Sequence record: LR588166.1
Length of the DNA stretch: 64,000 nucleotides
Reading direction: 5' to 3' (one strand)
A program made the translations under genes and the position numbers. Positions 9,365 to 18,242 of this stretch are shown in pieces. The stretch's first letter is position 1; every line of letters starts with the position of its first letter. Under the pieces are notes generated by a model that saw only the letters and a list, made by a program, of their open reading frames with translations, did no database searches and had not been told where the DNA came from.

Positions 9365-10387
9365 ATGCCAGAAGCAGTAAGATTAGGGGATATATGTAGC
9401 GGTCATCAAATTGGATATCCGCCTCGCCCGAATGTTCAAGGTAGTCCTAACGTATTCGTGAATAATTTGCCAGAACACCGAGTAACAGATAAGTGGGATG
9501 TGCATTGCAGTCCCGCCGGGTCCTGTCACAACAGTACGATGGCAGTAGGATCTCCTAACGTCTGGGTAAATAATCTTCCTGCTGCTAGGCTAGGCGATTT
9601 AGTCGGTTGTACTTCGTTAGCAGCTCAGGGTAGTCCTAACGTTTTTATTAATAACGGCAACACTGATCCTATAATAGTAGATGATGTAATATTACCTAAA
9701 GACCAGAATGAATATATCAACGCAGTAGGAATTCTTCCTTGCGGTCCTTTAGATTATCAGGAAGGCGATCCTATTGCAGACGAATATGAAACAAATTCAG
9801 GGGGAGGACATTATCCTCCCCTGCCCCAAACAACACCACCGCCGCCCATATCTAAACCTCCTGTAGATGAAAATAATAATATTCCCCCGGCGCGTCCGCC
9901 GATACCTACAGAATGTCCGGTCATAACAGGTAGCATAGATTATTCTATTAGATTAAGTCCTAATTTTACAATAGGGGATTTATCTATAAAAGCCACATTT
10001 CCTCATGCCATAAAAGCACAACGTGGTCTAACTGTAAATGAAATAGTATGTAATCTTAAAAGTTTAGCAGAGCATTGCTTGGAACCTATTATAGCACAAT
10101 ATCCGGGAGCTAGAATAAATTCCGGTTTCAGGAATGTACAAAATGGCAAGTCTGATCACGAAAAGGGTTTTGCTGCCGATTTACAATGGCCGGGAAAGTC
10201 GTATGATCAATTATGGCAAATGGTTTTGTGGGTAAAAGATAATATCCCGTACAAACAACTTATATGGGAGCACGGCAACATGCCTTGGATACATATTGCA
10301 TACGCAAGGACTGGCGAAACGTCTGCTACTAGGGTAATGACTATGTATCAGAATCAATATAGTCCCGGATTAAAGAAAATGCGTTAA
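9365..10387 (+). CDS. PAAR spike-tip domain fused to an M15 Zn-peptidase
   Basis: AVRLGD, EHRVTD and PAARLGD repeats with His/Cys; Pro-rich linker; NSGFR..SDHEKGFAAD..WIH. Confidence 0.85.
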   Translation: MPEAVRLGDICSGHQIGYPPRPNVQGSPNVFVNNLPEHRVTDKWDVHCSPAGSCHNSTMAVGSPNVWVNNLPAARLGDLVGCTSLAAQGSPNVFINNGNTDPIIVDDVILPKDQNEYINAVGILPCGPLDYQEGDPIADEYETNSGGGHYPPLPQTTPPPPISKPPVDENNNIPPARPPIPTECPVITGSIDYSIRLSPNFTIGDLSIKATFPHAIKAQRGLTVNEIVCNLKSLAEHCLEPIIAQYPGARINSGFRNVQNGKSDHEKGFAADLQWPGKSYDQLWQMVLWVKDNIPYKQLIWEHGNMPWIHIAYARTGETSATRVMTMYQNQYSPGLKKMR

Positions 10388-10427
10388 CTAAATACATTAA
10401 CTAGACACAAACACACAAGGAGAAAAA

Positions 10428-10652
10428 ATGTCTGCTAGTAAAACACCGTACGAAATTAGACTTAATATTTTAGAACTTGCTTATAAAATCGTAAGAGATA
10501 AAAAACAAGCAGATTATATAAGTAAAAGCATATATTCATCTGGAAGTGTTGTCATAACAGAATGTATAGACATTTCGGCAGATGAAGTAATAGAAGTAGC
10601 AAAAAAGCTTAATTCGTTTATTTCTACGTCCGAAAAGAGACTAAATGGTTAA
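10428..10652 (+). CDS. hypothetical protein
   Basis: SD AAGGAG; CTAAATA at 10388; KTPYEIRL N-terminus. Confidence 0.7.
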   Translation: MSASKTPYEIRLNILELAYKIVRDKKQADYISKSIYSSGSVVITECIDISADEVIEVAKKLNSFISTSEKRLNG

Positions 10653-10860
10653 AATCCAAATACCTATACTAGATGAAAATAAACGCGACATGATGATATG
10701 GTGTTCTGAGAACGTTAGTCCTGCAGATTATTATATCATGTCGTCGTATGATAGTGAAAATTACAGAATATGTATTACTTTTGCGTTCTTTGAAGAAAGT
10801 GATGCACTTATGTTTATGTTATACTTTTCTATCCCTGACAGTAATATTTATAGACATTGA
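10645..10860 (+). CDS. small WCxEN-family protein
   Basis: IWCSENV...FAFFEESDALMFML; paralogues elsewhere in the window. Confidence 0.65.
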   Translation: MVKIQIPILDENKRDMMIWCSENVSPADYYIMSSYDSENYRICITFAFFEESDALMFMLYFSIPDSNIYRH

Positions 10861-10885
10861 CTTGCTACTACAACAGTTGTATAAT
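10857..10885 (+). promoter_or_regulatory. sigma70-type promoter
   Basis: TTGACT-17nt-TATAAT. Confidence 0.8.
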
Positions 10886-10917
10886 GTAACTATATTAGTA
10901 CAACTGGATGAATAAAC

Positions 10918-11679
10918 ATGAACTTAGCACACTGTACTTCGGGCTATTCGAAAATGCTAGTTATTAGTGATATTCATTCGGCAGCTGACAAACTAAAACA
11001 AGCGTTAGACTATGCAACTAAACATGACATGTTTGTTGTATTTCTCGGCGATTTAGTCGACGGTGTAGTTAATGCAAAACCTATGGAAACTCTATTAATG
11101 GTAAAATCGGTAATAGAGAGTAACTGCGGTGCATTAATTATAGGAAATCATGATGACAAATTCTATCGCTGGGCGCAAGGTAACGAAGTTGTGTTGGGTA
11201 ACCAACAGCAATCTACGTTAGAAAGCATAGGCGATTATTTAATTTCTGAATTTTCAGATTGCATAACAGACATTATAACCAATTGCAATGCATACTACTA
11301 TGCATATTTAAACAATTGGTTATTTGCTCACGGTGCAGTAGCAGAATCCATGTGGGATTATCCTGTAGCAGTATCAAAGTATGAGAGGTATATGTTACTG
11401 TACGGTCAAACCAATGGTCAACGTGATAATACAGGCTTTCCCGTTAGACTTTATAGTTGGACGGATTATGTCCCTTCAGGTAAATGGTGTATAGTAGGAC
11501 ACGATAGAGCACCTTTTCACGGAAAGAAAATAACACACCCCGTAATACATGTAAACAATAATAAAGGTAGGACTATCTTCATGGACACGTCGTGCGGGAA
11601 AATACCGGAAGGTAAGCTTAGTTGTGCAATATTGGATATACAATCTGTTATTAGATTAGAGAAATTTATAGCAATATGA
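10918..11679 (+). CDS. calcineurin-like metallophosphoesterase (PrpE/Pnkp-phosphatase-like)
   Basis: SDIH, GDLVD, GNHDDK, AHGA and GH motifs. Confidence 0.85.
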   Translation: MNLAHCTSGYSKMLVISDIHSAADKLKQALDYATKHDMFVVFLGDLVDGVVNAKPMETLLMVKSVIESNCGALIIGNHDDKFYRWAQGNEVVLGNQQQSTLESIGDYLISEFSDCITDIITNCNAYYYAYLNNWLFAHGAVAESMWDYPVAVSKYERYMLLYGQTNGQRDNTGFPVRLYSWTDYVPSGKWCIVGHDRAPFHGKKITHPVIHVNNNKGRTIFMDTSCGKIPEGKLSCAILDIQSVIRLEKFIAI

Positions 11680-12044
11680 AATACTTGGCTGTAGTTGGCA
11701 GTAGAGGGTACATAGATTCTGACTTTATATTCTTGGTATTGGATGCACTTTTTACAGAATATATGTACGAAGGTATAGTATCGGGCGGATGTAAAAATAG
11801 TCCCGATGAAATAGCTGCTATATACGCAAACTTAAATAATATACCATTACTAGAAATAAAACCAGACTGGAAACAATACGGTAAATCTGCAGGTTTCAAA
11901 AGAAATGTAGAAATATGGGATAACGCACATTCTGGTGTTGCATTCTGGGATGGAGTCAGTAAAGGAACAAAACACAGCTTCTATATAGCTAAAAGTCAAA
12001 ATAAAGATATAATAATTTTTAAAGGAAAGGAGTTGTATGAATGA
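11676..12044 (+). CDS. SLOG-family (YspA/DUF2493-like) protein
   Basis: VVGSR, IVSGG, PDWKQYGKSAGFKRN and FWDGVSKGT motifs. Confidence 0.85.
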   Translation: MKYLAVVGSRGYIDSDFIFLVLDALFTEYMYEGIVSGGCKNSPDEIAAIYANLNNIPLLEIKPDWKQYGKSAGFKRNVEIWDNAHSGVAFWDGVSKGTKHSFYIAKSQNKDIIIFKGKELYE

Positions 12045-12357
12045 TAGTTTTATGTTCTATGGCCAAATAATTAATTTTGTTGTTTTTGCCATAGTGGTTA
12101 TTGTATCGTTTATTAAGATGATTTATATTATAGCTGACGATGAAACTGAAGACACTTTATCTGAAAAAATAAACAAACATTTGTTCGATTGGTTTTGGTT
12201 AGCAATAGGACAATTTTTATTCTGTTTTATTCCGTTATTATACACTGCATTCTGGGCAATTATTGTATTACAACACGTATTGGTTTTTATAACAAAACAA
12301 ATAATAAATTCGAACTATATTCGAAAATACAGAACATTTAACAAACTTAAAAAATAA
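12037..12357 (+). CDS. hypothetical membrane protein
   Basis: two hydrophobic segments; SD AAGGAG. Confidence 0.65.
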   Translation: MNDSFMFYGQIINFVVFAIVVIVSFIKMIYIIADDETEDTLSEKINKHLFDWFWLAIGQFLFCFIPLLYTAFWAIIVLQHVLVFITKQIINSNYIRKYRTFNKLKK

Positions 12358-13253
12358 TGAATAATTACGATCCGCAATATTTAAACATAATTAAAACTAT
12401 TTTAGATACAGGTATAGATAGGGATGATAGGACCGGAATAGGATCCAGGGCTATTTGGGGTGCAAATATGCACATAAACTTAGCAGAAGGATTTCCTATT
12501 CAAACTTCACGACGTGCATCATTAAGAATTGCATTTGAAGAACTTATGTGGATGCTAAGAGGGCAAGTAGATTCTACAATTTTAAAAAATAAAAACATTA
12601 ACATCTGGGAAGGAAATACTACTAGAGAATTTTTAGATAGTAGAAAATTAAATTATTTGCCAGTAGGCCATATCGGCAAAGGATATGGATTCCAGATGAG
12701 AAATTTTGGAGGTCATTATTCTACTGTAAACGGAATCACAGATTACAGTAAACTTGACAATACTGGCATAGATCAGATAAAAAATTTAATAGAATCTTTA
12801 ACTAAGGATCCACACTCTAGAAGACACATTGTTTTACACTGGAATCCTACCCAATTAGATGATGCTGCCTTACCTAGTTGTCATTTATATCATCAGTACC
12901 AAATTCTTGATGGAAAATTAAATAGTAGTTTTGTTGCAAGAAGTCAAGATATATGTTTCGGTACACCCACTAATATAATGTTTTATTCTCTATTAAATCA
13001 TTTTATAGCAAATGTACTCGGAATAGAACCAGGAATATTATACTATTCTGGAATGGATGTCCATATTTACAACAACCAAATGGACATGGCAAAAGAATTA
13101 ATAACCAGGGCCTGGCATGACTTACCTAAACTTATAATTAAAAAGGATTTAAAGACTTTAGATGATATATTGTCACTTGAATTCGAAGATATAGAACTAG
13201 AAAATTACAAATGTAATCCAGATGTTTCTAATAAACCTAGGATGGCTATATAA
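12357..13253 (+). CDS. thyA: thymidylate synthase
   Basis: DRTG, EELMW, GYGFQ, WNP, LPSCH, RSQD..TPTN and HIY motifs. Confidence 0.93.
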   Translation: MNNYDPQYLNIIKTILDTGIDRDDRTGIGSRAIWGANMHINLAEGFPIQTSRRASLRIAFEELMWMLRGQVDSTILKNKNINIWEGNTTREFLDSRKLNYLPVGHIGKGYGFQMRNFGGHYSTVNGITDYSKLDNTGIDQIKNLIESLTKDPHSRRHIVLHWNPTQLDDAALPSCHLYHQYQILDGKLNSSFVARSQDICFGTPTNIMFYSLLNHFIANVLGIEPGILYYSGMDVHIYNNQMDMAKELITRAWHDLPKLIIKKDLKTLDDILSLEFEDIELENYKCNPDVSNKPRMAI

Positions 13254-13564
13254 TGAAAACTCCGATCAATGTAACATACGATATAGTTGATGTAGTGGAA
13301 ACTTTAAAAAAAGTAGAGCAATTATTATCTACGCCAGATATTATAGACATTTTAGAAAAAGAAAATATAATGGATAAATTAAAAGGCGAAGACCATATAT
13401 ATACATCCGAGTCTTTGCTAAGTATGCTAACCACTATGTGTGCCCGCATAAATGAAATTCAAACAGATATATCATCGATAAAAAATACAGTTAATTCTAT
13501 TAAAGATGCAATTGTATCAATGCCTAAAACAACCCCGTTGCCTCATATTCCGCATTTATTTTAA
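13253..13564 (+). CDS. hypothetical protein (coiled-coil)
   Basis: 103 aa, coupled to the thyA stop. Confidence 0.6.
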   Translation: MKTPINVTYDIVDVVETLKKVEQLLSTPDIIDILEKENIMDKLKGEDHIYTSESLLSMLTTMCARINEIQTDISSIKNTVNSIKDAIVSMPKTTPLPHIPHLF

Positions 13565-13613
13565 CTATGTAGTTAATGTTGTTAAAACGTATCTAAATAT
13601 CTTTGTCATTAGG

Positions 13614-13642
13614 TTGACACGGAAGAAAACGTATAGTATACT
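13614..13642 (+). promoter_or_regulatory. sigma70-type promoter for the folE operon
   Basis: TTGACA-17nt-TATACT. Confidence 0.8.
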
Positions 13643-13655
13643 ATACAAATAATTA

Positions 13656-13682
13656 AAGCAAAGTGCAGGCGGCACTTTGCTT
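13656..13682 (+). promoter_or_regulatory. 11-bp 5' leader hairpin of folE
   Basis: aagcaaagtgc-aggcg-gcactttgctt, no U-tract. Confidence 0.5.
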
Positions 13683-13712
13683 ATCAAACTAAAATGATTT
13701 CAGGAGGAAATC

Positions 13713-14402
13713 GTGTCGTTAAACAAAACTAAAACTGATGCCGAACTAGGCAAAAAAGTACAGCAATATTTAATCCAACAAGGAGTAGAAACTCCTATGC
13801 AAGAGCAAACTCTAAACGTTAAAGAGCGGATAGATAAAATTGAATCTCATTTTGTCGAAATTATGAATGCACTTGCGTTGGATCTTTCCGACGATAGTCT
13901 TGCAGAAACGCCTCGCCGAGTAGCAAAAATGTATGTATCTGAGATATTTTATGGATTGGATTATGAGGCATTTCCTAAATGCACTACTATTGAAAATAAA
14001 TTTAATGCAAATGAAATGGTCTTAGTAAAAGATATAGATTTATATTCTCAGTGCGAACATCATATTTTACCAATAATTTCTGGATCATCTTCCGGTAGAG
14101 GTGGAATATCGGTTGCTTATATTCCTAAAAATAAAGTAATAGGTCTCTCTAAATTAAATAGAGTGGCAGAATTTTTCTGCAAGCGACCTCAAGTTCAAGA
14201 ACGACTCACATTGCAAATATTTCATGCATTACAGTATATTCTGGAAACAGACGATGTTGCTGTTTTGATTAACGGAAGGCATCTGTGTGTGGAATCTAGG
14301 GGCGTAGAAGATACAAGTTCGAGTACGATAACTTCTAAATTAAGTGGTGCATTTAGCAACGATCCTGCCACCCGTGCAGAATTTATGTCTCTTGTAAAAT
14401 AA
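13713..14402 (+). CDS. folE: GTP cyclohydrolase I
   Basis: ETPRRVAK, SQCEHH, GLSKLNR, QVQERLT and HLCVESRG; GTG start with AGGAGG. Confidence 0.96.
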   Translation: MSLNKTKTDAELGKKVQQYLIQQGVETPMQEQTLNVKERIDKIESHFVEIMNALALDLSDDSLAETPRRVAKMYVSEIFYGLDYEAFPKCTTIENKFNANEMVLVKDIDLYSQCEHHILPIISGSSSGRGGISVAYIPKNKVIGLSKLNRVAEFFCKRPQVQERLTLQIFHALQYILETDDVAVLINGRHLCVESRGVEDTSSSTITSKLSGAFSNDPATRAEFMSLVK

Positions 14403-14406
14403 CAAA

Positions 14407-14439
14407 AACTACTATGGATAGATACTATCCATAGTAGTT
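14407..14439. repeat. 15-bp inverted repeat between folE and queD
   Basis: aactactatggatag-ata-ctatccatagtagtt. Confidence 0.75.
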
Positions 14440-14469
14440 ACACATAGCATATTAATAAGGAATATAAAA

Positions 14470-14988
14470 TTGTGGCAGATTAATAAAAGTTTCAGTTTTG
14501 CATATGCTCACAGAGTCCATAATCAACACTTAGATGCAGATTTAGTTGAAGACACCAAATGCAAATGCAGGCATTTACACGGACATACAGGTAAAGTAGT
14601 TATTCATTTAACTGGAACTTCTTTAGTAAACGGTATGGTAACTGATTTTAAGCATTTAGGTTTTCTTAAAAAATTTATAGATGACGTAATCGACCATAAG
14701 TTTATTATAGATGCAAACGATCCTAATTTTAGTAAGATAACCAATGCATCTAAATATTCTACTATAAGTTTTGAGCACTATGGAATATTCGATACATCTG
14801 AAGAGACAGTAGAACACGAAAAGGAACATGCAGATAGTTTTGTAATAGTAGATTTTGTTCCTACTGCAGAAAATTTAGCTAAATGGATTTGGGAATATGC
14901 TGAAAGCATTTTAGAACAAAAAGGTATAACTGTTTCTAAAGTAGAATGGTGGGAAACTGATAAAGCTTGTGCAACATATATTGCATAA
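14470..14988 (+). CDS. queD: 6-carboxy-5,6,7,8-tetrahydropterin synthase (QueD/PTPS)
   Basis: FAYAH, CRHLHGHT, VTDF, DHKF, PTAENLA, WET; TTG start. Confidence 0.9.
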   Translation: MWQINKSFSFAYAHRVHNQHLDADLVEDTKCKCRHLHGHTGKVVIHLTGTSLVNGMVTDFKHLGFLKKFIDDVIDHKFIIDANDPNFSKITNASKYSTISFEHYGIFDTSEETVEHEKEHADSFVIVDFVPTAENLAKWIWEYAESILEQKGITVSKVEWWETDKACATYIA

Positions 14989-15005
14989 TATAAAGGTAGA
15001 TATAA

Positions 15006-16232
15006 ATGTCGAAAGAAACATGCTCTTATTGCAATAAAGGCAAAGATGATGTGTCTAAGTTGTTTCGTAGCCCTGCTAAATATGGATCAAATGTATATAT
15101 ATGTGACCAGTGTGTAACTCAGTGCAACAATTTTTTAGAAACTGCCGAAACAAATGATCAGGAATCTAATAAATTAGAAATAAAATACACACCTGAAGAA
15201 CTAAAGGAATTGCTAGATAAAGACATTGTAGGGCAAGATCACGCAAAAGAATTACTAAGTCTAGCAGTGTATAATCATTATAAACGGGTAAACTATAACA
15301 CTACTGAACATGATGTAGAGTTATCTAAATCTAACATAATGCTACTGGGACCTTCAGGCAGCGGTAAGACATTTTTAATATCTAGTATATCTAAATTGTT
15401 AAACATACCTTTTGTTTCTGTAGATTCTACTTCGCTAACAGAGGCAGGATATGTCGGTGATCATGTAGAGACTATATTTACTAGATTAATTGCAGAAGCA
15501 AACGGTGACATAGAACTAGCACAACGTGGAATTGTATTTATAGATGAAATAGATAAGAAGCGTTCTAAAAAAGGAACAAATTCTGCAGGATCTGATGTTT
15601 CTGGCGAGGGTGTCCAACAGTCTTTACTTCGGGTGCTAGAAGGAACAACAATTAAATTAGAACTAAATTCTAACAGTATGTTTAGTCCTAGGCAGGAAAT
15701 TATGTTTGACACAACTAACGTTTTGTTTATAGTTGGCGGCGCATTTATAGGATTAGATGCAGTAATAAATAAAAGACTTAGTTCTACTAAATCTCAAATG
15801 GGATTTGGTTCCGAAGCTGGTAAACCCATAGAAGGTAGTTTATTCTATGTAGAACCGGAAGATTTGTATACATACGGTTTTATAAGAGAATTTGTAGGGA
15901 GATTTCCTGTTCTTATTGCGTTTCATGATGTAACAGAGACTATGCTTCGTCGAATTCTAGTAGAGCCTAAAAGTTCTATACTTAAACAATATCAAACTAT
16001 GTTTAAATTAGATAACATTGAATTAGAATTCGATGAAGATTTTATAAAATCTGTTGCTACTACAGCGTTTAATAGGAAAACAGGCGCTCGTGGTTTAAGA
16101 ACTATTTTAGAAAAAGAACTATCTAGTATAGCATATAGATTGCCTTCTATAAGACGAGAAGGGTTTAGCAAGATTATTATACACGAACTAGGAAAACATA
16201 ATTTCATAAAAGGGCAAAATGAAGACATTTAA
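15006..16232 (+). CDS. clpX: ATP-dependent Clp protease ATP-binding subunit ClpX
   Basis: C4 Zn domain, GQDHAK, GPSGSGKT, EAGYVG, FIDEIDK, DVSGEGVQQ, MGF loop, GARGLR. Confidence 0.96.
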   Translation: MSKETCSYCNKGKDDVSKLFRSPAKYGSNVYICDQCVTQCNNFLETAETNDQESNKLEIKYTPEELKELLDKDIVGQDHAKELLSLAVYNHYKRVNYNTTEHDVELSKSNIMLLGPSGSGKTFLISSISKLLNIPFVSVDSTSLTEAGYVGDHVETIFTRLIAEANGDIELAQRGIVFIDEIDKKRSKKGTNSAGSDVSGEGVQQSLLRVLEGTTIKLELNSNSMFSPRQEIMFDTTNVLFIVGGAFIGLDAVINKRLSSTKSQMGFGSEAGKPIEGSLFYVEPEDLYTYGFIREFVGRFPVLIAFHDVTETMLRRILVEPKSSILKQYQTMFKLDNIELEFDEDFIKSVATTAFNRKTGARGLRTILEKELSSIAYRLPSIRREGFSKIIIHELGKHNFIKGQNEDI

Positions 16233-16425
16233 TATAATTACTGGTCTTACTGTAGAAGTAAGACACGATAACTTTAACCAAGCACTTAGAACTTTTACTA
16301 AAAAGGTTCAAAATTCAGGAAAATTAAAAGAAGTTAGAGAACGCGAATTCTATGAAAAGCCTTCTGTAAAAAAGACAAAAGCTAAAAAAGCAGCAATTCA
16401 ACGCCAGAAAAAGAAAAAAATATAA
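16219..16425 (+). CDS. rpsU: ribosomal protein bS21
   Basis: ALRTFTKKV...REFYEKPS with a basic tail. Confidence 0.9.
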   Translation: MKTFNIITGLTVEVRHDNFNQALRTFTKKVQNSGKLKEVREREFYEKPSVKKTKAKKAAIQRQKKKKI

Positions 16426-16427
16426 TA

Positions 16428-16763
16428 ATGGATCTTTGCAGGATTTTAAATAATGAACTTACGTTTTGCAGAAATCGCAGGAATAAACTCTATTATGGCC
16501 TACGGCAATTGAATAAAGTTGACATACCTGTAGATCCTGCAGATTCTTTACTTATTTCCAGCATAAAACAGGATATAGAACATCTCCAATCGTATAAAGA
16601 TGCTATATCCGAATGCAGCAGACTTGAACAACGTATAATCTGTATAGATAAAACTATGCAGTATATCCGTCGGTATTGCAACCATAAGTTTGTGTATCAC
16701 AATACTAATTATCATACAAATACAGATGCAGAAAAATGCATTTATTGCGGATTAATAATTTAA
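16428..16763 (+). CDS. hypothetical protein with C-terminal CxH...CxxC Zn ribbon
   Basis: YCNHKF...CIYCG. Confidence 0.6.
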   Translation: MDLCRILNNELTFCRNRRNKLYYGLRQLNKVDIPVDPADSLLISSIKQDIEHLQSYKDAISECSRLEQRIICIDKTMQYIRRYCNHKFVYHNTNYHTNTDAEKCIYCGLII

Positions 16764-16764
16764 T

Positions 16765-17235
16765 ATGGCATATTTTTCAACTAAGAGATTTGGACCTATT
16801 TCCACTGGCCATCGTCAATGGAAAGATACGGGTCATTGCAGCAGAATACACGGCTACGGAAGAACAGTGAAGATTGTTTTTTCTGCTACTACATTAGATG
16901 ATAAATTGTGGGTAGTAGATTTTGGTGGATTGAAAGATTTCAGGAAATGGCTGGAAGAACAATGGGATCATAATGTTTTAGTTGCATCTGACGATCCCAA
17001 GTTAAATATCCTTAAACAAATGGAACAAGAAGGTCTAGTTAAATTAAATATAATGGATGTTAAAAAAGGCCATGGTCCCGGAATAGAAGGTTCATGTAAG
17101 CATCTGTTTGACTATTTGAATCCCATTATAGAAAAACAATCTGGCGGAAGATGTTGGGTCCATAGTATAGAAATATGGGAACACGAAAACAATTCCGCTA
17201 TATACGAAACATATAAGTCAACATTTAAAAGATAA
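16765..17235 (+). CDS. second QueD/PTPS-like protein
   Basis: GHRQW, HCSRIHGY, WVVDFGG, WDH, WEHENNSA. Confidence 0.85.
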   Translation: MAYFSTKRFGPISTGHRQWKDTGHCSRIHGYGRTVKIVFSATTLDDKLWVVDFGGLKDFRKWLEEQWDHNVLVASDDPKLNILKQMEQEGLVKLNIMDVKKGHGPGIEGSCKHLFDYLNPIIEKQSGGRCWVHSIEIWEHENNSAIYETYKSTFKR

Positions 17236-17238
17236 ATA
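17232..17238 (+). promoter_or_regulatory. late promoter core ATAAATA
   Basis: upstream of hsp20. Confidence 0.5.
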
Positions 17239-17318
17239 ACATTAGTATTCCATGAGGAATACTATACAACGAGTGCCTTATTGGGCTCACACTATATCTT
17301 GCGTAAAGGAGATTAAAA

Positions 17319-17750
17319 ATGCAAAAACATGTTATAATGTCATCTAACCTAGCTAATTATAGATATGCACTAGGTGCAACTGATTTACTTAATACTATTA
17401 CTAATGAACTTAGTAGCCAGAAGTTTCCTCCCCATAATTTGATAAAGAATGCAGACGGTAGCTATTGTCTTGAATTAGCTCTTGCTGGATATGATAAATC
17501 TGAGCTAGACGTTTATGTAGATAGCAGAGAACGACTGTTAGTAATAGAAACAAAACCGGAACGAATTTTTAAAACTGAAGTAGAATACGAACACAAAGGT
17601 ATTTCTAGTAAAGATTTTTCTGTCAAATTCAGGCTTGTAGACGATCTTATAAATATATCTTCGTGCGGTATGAAAAATGGTATTCTAACAATAAAAATTC
17701 AACCGCCGAGTCCTGCAGAATCACAACGAAAAGTAATTGATATAGAATAA
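17319..17750 (+). CDS. small heat shock protein Hsp20/IbpA-like
   Basis: FPPHNL, LELALAG, HKGIS, NGILTI; SD AAAGGAG. Confidence 0.92.
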   Translation: MQKHVIMSSNLANYRYALGATDLLNTITNELSSQKFPPHNLIKNADGSYCLELALAGYDKSELDVYVDSRERLLVIETKPERIFKTEVEYEHKGISSKDFSVKFRLVDDLINISSCGMKNGILTIKIQPPSPAESQRKVIDIE

Positions 17751-17761
17751 TGTTTACAAAT

Positions 17762-17785
17762 AAAAAGCTGGTATTCCAGCTTTTT
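17762..17785 (+). terminator. rho-independent terminator
   Basis: aaaaagctgg-tatt-ccagcttttt. Confidence 0.8.
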
Positions 17786-17801
17786 ATTTTTGCTATATAA
17801 C

Positions 17802-17829
17802 TTGACGACACTGTTTAAACATATATAAT
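17802..17829 (+). promoter_or_regulatory. sigma70-type promoter for clpS
   Basis: TTGACG-16nt-TATAAT. Confidence 0.55.
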
Positions 17830-17865
17830 AATGTGTATCAATTACGATCAACTTGGGATTTAAAA

Positions 17866-18168
17866 ATGACTGTAAAGGTAGCTAATAAAGTTGAAACTTC
17901 GTCTACTGTATTTCAACCTAAGAAATATAATGTAGTTTTTCACAACGATAACAAAACCACTATGGAATTTGTTATGCAATTGTTAGTATATATATATGAC
18001 TACGATGCATCTAGCGCATACAATACAATGATGGAAGTGCATGAACGCGGCGCAAAGATTGTAGGCAGCTATACAAAAGAAATTGCAGAATCGAAACAGT
18101 CTAAATCTGTTCAACTTGCTATTAACAACGGTTATCCCGATTTTAAAGTAACTGTAGAAGAATCGTAA
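17866..18168 (+). CDS. clpS: ATP-dependent Clp protease adaptor ClpS
   Basis: YNVVFHNDNKTTMEFV..L..MMEVHERG..G.YTKEIAE; start moved to the ATG at 17866. Confidence 0.92.
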   Translation: MTVKVANKVETSSTVFQPKKYNVVFHNDNKTTMEFVMQLLVYIYDYDASSAYNTMMEVHERGAKIVGSYTKEIAESKQSKSVQLAINNGYPDFKVTVEES

Positions 18169-18180
18169 TACAGCAAAAAC

Positions 18181-18200
18181 GGGGGTAGACACCTACCCCC
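18181..18200. terminator. GC-rich hairpin after clpS
   Basis: gggggtag-acac-ctaccccc, flanked by aaaaac and ttccc. Confidence 0.6.
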
Positions 18201-18212
18201 TTCCCTATTATA

Positions 18213-18219
18213 ATAAATA
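18213..18219 (+). promoter_or_regulatory. late promoter core ATAAATA
   Basis: 23 nt upstream of the sod start. Confidence 0.6.
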
Positions 18220-18242
18220 AAGCATATAGGGATATAAGAATT

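Noticed and set aside
12357-13253. ThyA homologue as a dCMP hydroxymethylase for DNA modification
   Set aside because: It retains Asn at the specificity position (RSQD..GTPTN), typical of dUMP-specific synthases; dCMP-modifying enzymes have Asp.
13656-13700. preQ1-I riboswitch upstream of folE
   Set aside because: The AAACUAA-like tail is present, but the 11-bp stem with a 5-nt loop does not fit the short stem and longer conserved loop of preQ1-I.
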